Below, piece after piece: positions 59,340-64,000 of a DNA stretch of 64,000 nt (position 1 is its first letter; each line of letters opens with the position of its first letter). The translations under genes were made by a program, and so were the position numbers. Where the stretch lies: IMG/VR virus record IMGVR_UViG_3300035520_000763, positions 7,032-71,031 of that record; one strand, 5' to 3'. The notes beneath the pieces were generated by a model that saw only the letters and a program-made list of their open reading frames with translations, was not told the DNA's origin and did not search any database. This stretch comes from a virus. Its lineage: Duplodnaviria; Heunggongvirae; Uroviricota; Caudoviricetes.

Positions 59340-59543
59340 ATGTAAGATGTAAATACACGAGAATTTCAAGGAAAATTAGCAGAAAATGGCTATATTCCTG
59401 TGCGCCGTAAGGGAAGTCATACAATATATGAAGCGAATCGGACAATCACAGATTCGATGTCAGTACCAACGGCAGACACTACAATCAACGGCTGTTTAGC
59501 AAAGAGGCTGACAAAGCAGATGGAAGAATTTATGAGGAGGTGA
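59340..59543 (+). pseudogene. hicA: HicA-family mRNA interferase with a stop at codon 2
   Basis: SD GAGGTG, then ATG-TAA-GAT..., then NTREFQGKLAENGYIPVRRKGSHTIYE...SVP...NGCLAKRL. Confidence 0.65.
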
Positions 59544-59547
59544 AACG

Positions 59548-59931
59548 ATGTTATCACACACAGAAATGAAATCTTTACTAAAAGAAAAGAGAGAAAGCAC
59601 ACGTTATTTCACGAAAGATTTTTATAGTACATTTATTTCTGACTATAGAGAAGCGGTAAATGATTGTATTAAAGGTATTGATAGAGAAGCGTATGTAAAA
59701 ACAAAGCAAACAGATTTCTATAACAGAAATAGTTGTGCATATTGTGTGTTCCTAGAAATTTTCAACAGTAAGGCAAACCTTCAGAAATTCACAATTATCT
59801 ATTCAGTTGATGAATGGGGAAACGGGACAAGACGGATTGAACGCTATGCGGAAAATATGGAAATCATGAAGCTTTTGGCAAAAGCATGGATGGAACAACC
59901 TTTTAGTTATGTTGAAGTAAAAGTTGCGTAA
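59548..59931 (+). CDS. hypothetical protein
   Basis: 127 aa, SD GGAGGTG. Confidence 0.7.
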   Translation: MLSHTEMKSLLKEKRESTRYFTKDFYSTFISDYREAVNDCIKGIDREAYVKTKQTDFYNRNSCAYCVFLEIFNSKANLQKFTIIYSVDEWGNGTRRIERYAENMEIMKLLAKAWMEQPFSYVEVKVA

Positions 59932-59946
59932 GGAGGAAAACAAAAA

Positions 59947-60321
59947 ATGATTGAAGTAATTATGGAAAAGGGAGAATATGCTTTAATCAAGCGAGGTAAC
60001 GATTTAAAAGAATATGCAGTTGTACAAGGACTTAATAAAGAAGATTATACTTGGAATTATACAGTCAGTTATTATGAGTATGAGTTTAAGGAAAAGAAAA
60101 CAAAAAATGAAGCAGCGCAATTCATGAGAGCTTTAGATTGTTTTAGAAGTTGCACAGAAGCTAATTATATTCCTCGATGCAGACTTGAAGAGTTAGCAAC
60201 ACTTTTTAAAGATGGACTTATTGAGGATGACAAAGAAGCTGCTATGGAATACTTTGAAAATACTTGCGAAATGACTGAAAGCGAAATGGAATATTTTGGA
60301 ATTATAGAAAGTGAGGATTGA
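59947..60321 (+). CDS. hypothetical protein
   Basis: 124 aa, SD AAGGAGG. Confidence 0.7.
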   Translation: MIEVIMEKGEYALIKRGNDLKEYAVVQGLNKEDYTWNYTVSYYEYEFKEKKTKNEAAQFMRALDCFRSCTEANYIPRCRLEELATLFKDGLIEDDKEAAMEYFENTCEMTESEMEYFGIIESED

Positions 60322-60545
60322 TTATGACCGGTTTAGAATACAATGAACAAAACTGGAAAGAATGTCTTGAAGCATTGAACTTTACAGAAGGTAAAAATGT
60401 AGGTTTTGGCGGTATGGTTGTTTATAATGATAAAGGTATCCCAGCATTTAATTATGATTCAGATGAACGGAAACAACAATTATACTTATTCTTATCAGGT
60501 GCGGTTTATTGGAAATTACACACAATGCAAGGAGGGATATCATGA
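60318..60545 (+). CDS. hypothetical protein
   Basis: 75 aa. Confidence 0.65.
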   Translation: MIMTGLEYNEQNWKECLEALNFTEGKNVGFGGMVVYNDKGIPAFNYDSDERKQQLYLFLSGAVYWKLHTMQGGIS

Positions 60546-60762
60546 AAACATTAGAAGAAATATTACAAACATTAGGTAGTGAAAAACCATTCCGAGAAAA
60601 GCCAATCAGATATGATGATGGGCAAAAAAATGGTTGACAAAATCTGGAAACGAGACTTATGGAAAACTTACGGAAATCATATACGCAGTTGGAGAAATTT
60701 GCGGTTGTAATGTAGAAGATATTATTGAAACATTAGATCTTATAGCAGATAAGGAGGTGTAG
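60542..60762 (+). pseudogene. small gene frameshifted at an A7 run
   Basis: MKTLEEILQTLGSEKPF...DDGQK, then WLTKSGNETYGKLTEII...DKEV* in the -1 frame; 221 nt = one base short. Confidence 0.55.
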
Positions 60763-60766
60763 CAAT

Positions 60767-60952
60767 ATGCAAGTACACACAGAACGAGGATTAATTTGGG
60801 TAGAAGCTGAATATCAGTCGGAAGAAAGAGCGAAAATGGATGGTTATTCGTATGCATTTTATAGTAAAGAATTAGATAAAAAAGTATACAGCAAATGTTT
60901 GGATGACAGAGGGTTGAGACATACATTTGCTCTGATTGTAGGATATGAATAA
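60767..60952 (+). CDS. hypothetical protein
   Basis: 61 aa, SD AAGGAGG. Confidence 0.65.
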   Translation: MQVHTERGLIWVEAEYQSEERAKMDGYSYAFYSKELDKKVYSKCLDDRGLRHTFALIVGYE

Positions 60953-60972
60953 TATAGAAGGGAGAAATCAAA

Positions 60973-61134
60973 ATGAAAGCAATAAACATTGAATGGGACA
61001 CAGATGGCGAAGACATTGACTTACCAACGGAAATTGGAATCCCTGAAGGAATGACAGATGAAGAAGAGATTTCTGATTATCTGTCAGACGAAACAGGATT
61101 TTGCCACTATGGATTTGAATTAGTAGAAGATTAA
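60973..61134 (+). CDS. 53-aa very acidic protein
   Basis: MKAINIEWDTDGEDIDLPTEIGIPEGMTDEEEISDYLSDETGFCHYGFELVED. Confidence 0.7.
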   Translation: MKAINIEWDTDGEDIDLPTEIGIPEGMTDEEEISDYLSDETGFCHYGFELVED

Positions 61135-61153
61135 AGGAAGGACGGTTGATAAT

Positions 61154-61339
61154 ATGCGAGAGTTTGGAACTAATGAATATGGAGATAAAAACGGCTTTGA
61201 AATTAAATGCAAAAGATGTGGAAATAACAATGCTAGAATTGTTCCGACAAGTTTTATTGAAGACGGCAAAACAAAGAAAATTGTTTTAGAACTTCGCTGT
61301 ACTTGTGGAAATAAATATGGAGCAACTATTTATGGATAA
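61154..61339 (+). CDS. small Zn-ribbon protein
   Basis: CKRCG...CTCGN. Confidence 0.65.
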   Translation: MREFGTNEYGDKNGFEIKCKRCGNNNARIVPTSFIEDGKTKKIVLELRCTCGNKYGATIYG

Positions 61340-61362
61340 AAGAGCGGTTTTATAAGGAGGCG

Positions 61363-61668
61363 TTGAGGATGGATTTTAAACAGTATGCGGAGTATAAGAG
61401 AAAAGAAGCTCATAAGGAAATCATAAAAGAAATCTGCATGATTGTTAATAACTGTGCAGATTGTCATGATGAAAAAACAAGGCAGACGGAATGTGTTCCT
61501 GATCAACGAGTAGACCTGTATAAAGTAACGGAAACTTCATTTTACATTGATGCTTATGACAGTAAGACAAACAGAAAATTGTTAGATATGGGAAATGAAT
61601 ATGAATATAAAACAGGTATTGTAATTGAGGATGATGATACTAGCTATATCAAGTTTTGGAAAGAGTAA
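61363..61668 (+). CDS. hypothetical protein
   Basis: 101 aa, SD AAGGAGG. Confidence 0.65.
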   Translation: MRMDFKQYAEYKRKEAHKEIIKEICMIVNNCADCHDEKTRQTECVPDQRVDLYKVTETSFYIDAYDSKTNRKLLDMGNEYEYKTGIVIEDDDTSYIKFWKE

Positions 61669-61777
61669 ATAAAAGGACAGTTCTATAAACAGAAAAAAGA
61701 TATTAGCAAAAAAGCTAATGTCTTTTTTAGTTGAAAAGAAGAAGTATATAAAAGTAAACAAAAAAGGAGGAACAATT

Positions 61778-62320
61778 ATGATTAGTAAAAAATTAGCAGG
61801 AACATGGTTTTGTGGAAATGAGGCAAGTGATTATGCAAAAGAGAATGGATATTTAGATTACGCAACATTGGCAAAGGCTTTTGATGCAGTATTGAACAAC
61901 AACATAATCAAAGCGACAAGCGAAATTGGATTCTGGGACATTGAAAATGGATCAGAAGAATATTATGAAGATAATAACGGAAATCGTTATACCTATGATG
62001 AAAAAGAGGAACGAATTTCAGAACTCGAAGAAAAGATTGAAGAGTTGGAAGAGAGAGAAACCGAAGAATCAGAAACGGAAATTGAAGAAATTAGAAAAGA
62101 TATTGAAAGATTGAATGATGCTTATTATGATGACATTTTCCAGTATTTCATTATATCCGATTCAGGTGCAGAAATTTTAAAAGATTGGACAGACGAAATT
62201 GTATTTTATAATGAAGCACTTGATATGTATGTATGGGGAGTCACACATTGTGGAACTTCTTGGGACTATGTATTAACAGATATCAAGTTAAATTGTGGAG
62301 ATGAAGCTTTTAAAAATTGA
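61778..62320 (+). CDS. acidic conserved phage protein
   Basis: Start MISKK after AAGGAGG; DIFQYFIISD...YVWGVTHCGTSWDYVLTDI motif; Glu-rich coiled-coil insert. Confidence 0.7.
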   Translation: MISKKLAGTWFCGNEASDYAKENGYLDYATLAKAFDAVLNNNIIKATSEIGFWDIENGSEEYYEDNNGNRYTYDEKEERISELEEKIEELEERETEESETEIEEIRKDIERLNDAYYDDIFQYFIISDSGAEILKDWTDEIVFYNEALDMYVWGVTHCGTSWDYVLTDIKLNCGDEAFKN

Positions 62321-62520
62321 AAGGAGATATTGATATGGCATATGTAAGAAAAACAGTTGATTGCTATGCAATTGAAGGAAACAACGGGTACGGATGGGAT
62401 ATTGAATGTAACTGCGAAAATTACAAAGACGCAAAAGAACAATTAAAAACCTATAAGGAAAATGTAGATTATCCGGTTCGAATCAAAAAGTGGAGAGAAA
62501 GGATTGAGGATGAAAAGTAA
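62317..62520 (+). CDS. hypothetical protein
   Basis: 67 aa; likely start MAYVRK. Confidence 0.65.
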   Translation: MKGDIDMAYVRKTVDCYAIEGNNGYGWDIECNCENYKDAKEQLKTYKENVDYPVRIKKWRERIEDEK

Positions 62521-62836
62521 AATGAAAGACAAAGTAAAAGTAATTTTCCGCAAAGATAAAAAGACCGGCGAAATCATAGCTTTCTTTCCAGAAACGCCTG
62601 TTAATCATTATAACATAATGTCTTATATACATATAGGGCAGCATTCAGAAGCAAGTTATGAATTCTATTTGACGGGTACGAAAAAGGCACAACCAGATGA
62701 ATACGAATTCTTGTTAAAGGAACTCAAAGGAATCTACGAGGATGATGAAACGGAATTAATAATAAGAACAAAAATTAATCATAAAGATTTAGATAAGGCA
62801 TGGAAATATGAAGAAAATTGGAGGAAACGTAGATGA
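62504..62836 (+). CDS. conserved phage hypothetical protein
   Basis: VIFRK...IIAFFPE...SY.HIGQHSEAS motif. Confidence 0.7.
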   Translation: MRMKSKMKDKVKVIFRKDKKTGEIIAFFPETPVNHYNIMSYIHIGQHSEASYEFYLTGTKKAQPDEYEFLLKELKGIYEDDETELIIRTKINHKDLDKAWKYEENWRKRR

Positions 62837-62991
62837 AATATATTGACATGTATCCATGGCAAGATAATACAGGGAATTGGTGTGTCGTAAAAGTTGCAGA
62901 AGGACATAGAGATATAGCACACGGAGTCTGGGAAACAAAAGATGGAGCTATAAATTATTGCGAGAAGCATGAATTTAAAGTAACCAAATAA
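62833..62991 (+). CDS. 52-aa hypothetical protein
   Basis: MKYIDMYPWQDNTGNWCVVKVAEG... Confidence 0.55.
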   Translation: MKYIDMYPWQDNTGNWCVVKVAEGHRDIAHGVWETKDGAINYCEKHEFKVTK

Positions 62992-63022
62992 AACATAGTT
63001 TCTATAAGGAAGGAGAATAGAT

Positions 63023-63259
63023 ATGCGAAAAGGATTATTTGATTATGTTGCACATGATTGTAGAAGTATGTATTTAAATGAATACAAAAATATAGATGGT
63101 TGTGGTGATTTGGTTGAATGTTGCAACTGTGGAGAAGTGATGTTGGTTGACATAGGTTCTGAAGATTGCCCGCTATGTGAAAAGAAAGGCTGTTTGAAAT
63201 GGGCTGATGAAGATTATGAAGAGTGGGATGGAACAGAAGAGAACTTGACATTGATTTAG
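63023..63259 (+). CDS. Cys-rich acidic protein
   Basis: CCNCG...CPLC. Confidence 0.65.
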   Translation: MRKGLFDYVAHDCRSMYLNEYKNIDGCGDLVECCNCGEVMLVDIGSEDCPLCEKKGCLKWADEDYEEWDGTEENLTLI

Positions 63260-63276
63260 AAGGGAGAGTTGATTGT

Positions 63277-64000
63277 ATGATGCGAGAAGAAGTTGAAATG
63301 TGTTCAAACTGCATGGGAGAAAACATTATCCAGTGGGACGTTGAAAAAGATGGATATGAAGTAAAATGCCAGCATTGTGGAGAAAAGATTATGCTCTGCG
63401 ATGCTTGTTTTCATTCTGACGATAATGAAGTACATAAATGTGATTGGCATGAAGATAAAGGCTGCTGGAGAAAGAGAAATCAAAGATATATTCGATATCC
63501 GGAAATTGACAGATGTTCAGATAAACAGTATCTATACGATAATTTAACGCATTTTGTATTGTCATGGATTGAAAAGATTCTTGAATTTTATAATTCAGGA
63601 AAAATTGATTTATTAATTCCACGATTTGATAATGATGAAATTGATTTTGATGGAGAGTGGAAATTAATTATAAAGAATAAATCATACAAAGCAAATGGAA
63701 ATGAGGTGCTTGTCTTGAAATGGTATGAAGGTTTTGAAGATACTGGTTATCTGGTTGGATGTCTTAGTTCGTTAGAGTTTGAAAGATATTTTTACTCAAT
63801 AGAGAAAGATGAATATAATGGAAAAGTAATTCATCTTTCTGGGAATTTGTATGAAAATGATGCACAAGCTGATACGCAAGATTATTTTAGACTTGCTGAA
63901 TGGACATTCTTATATATTCAGATAAATGAAGCAAAGGAAATGATAAAAAATAATACATTTTATGATTATGTAGATGAAAAAATTGATTATCTTAGTAATT
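63277..64000 (+). CDS. hypothetical protein with N-terminal Zn fingers, runs off the right edge
   Basis: MMREEVEMCSNC...CQHCG...CDAC; open to 64000. Confidence 0.7.
   Translation, partial: MMREEVEMCSNCMGENIIQWDVEKDGYEVKCQHCGEKIMLCDACFHSDDNEVHKCDWHEDKGCWRKRNQRYIRYPEIDRCSDKQYLYDNLTHFVLSWIEKILEFYNSGKIDLLIPRFDNDEIDFDGEWKLIIKNKSYKANGNEVLVLKWYEGFEDTGYLVGCLSSLEFERYFYSIEKDEYNGKVIHLSGNLYENDAQADTQDYFRLAEWTFLYIQINEAKEMIKNNTFYDYVDEKIDYLSN

Noticed and set aside
1-64000. Stop-codon reassignment
   Set aside because: Long genes are intact under code 11 and end in TAA, TAG and TGA; there is no suppressor tRNA; the single ATG-TAA case is isolated
1-64000. Reverse transcriptase, DGR, retron or group II intron explaining the large structured RNAs
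   Set aside because: No YxDD-type RT ORF or TR/VR pair recognised in the window

Overview
The whole window is phage DNA (AT-rich, genetic code 11, no host housekeeping genes) from a large SPbeta-like siphophage of a Firmicutes host, probably Clostridia/Lachnospiraceae-like (inference from gene content and order). Bases 1-52.5 kb are almost all on the minus strand. Read from right to left they hold antirepressor and regulatory genes, a CoiA-like nuclease, a YonO-like single-subunit RNA polymerase, two HU proteins, a metallophosphoesterase, RecU, an HNH endonuclease, a tyrosine recombinase, a solo tnpB, a tRNA/tRNA-like cluster and a GIY-YIG endonuclease. The morphogenesis module follows: terminase, portal, protease/scaffold, decoration, capsid, neck, tail tube, chaperone and tape measure. 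A ~2 kb non-coding divergence region (52.6-54.5 kb) separates this from a plus-strand early region of small, often acidic genes. The main points of interest are: (1) the tape-measure gene is split by two group I introns; one carries a Vsr/DUF559-like endonuclease and an internal terminator, and the other has no 3' splice site in the window and runs into an independently promoted DUF262 gene; (2) a 204-aa coiled-coil gene is followed by a ~590-nt highly structured non-coding region with a G-U-supported 26-bp long-range helix, an octamer repeat and an alternative terminator pairing; (3) several small structured RNAs, ATA start codons and inactivated early genes, including an orphan hicA. All family assignments come from motif recognition by eye; no searches were run.
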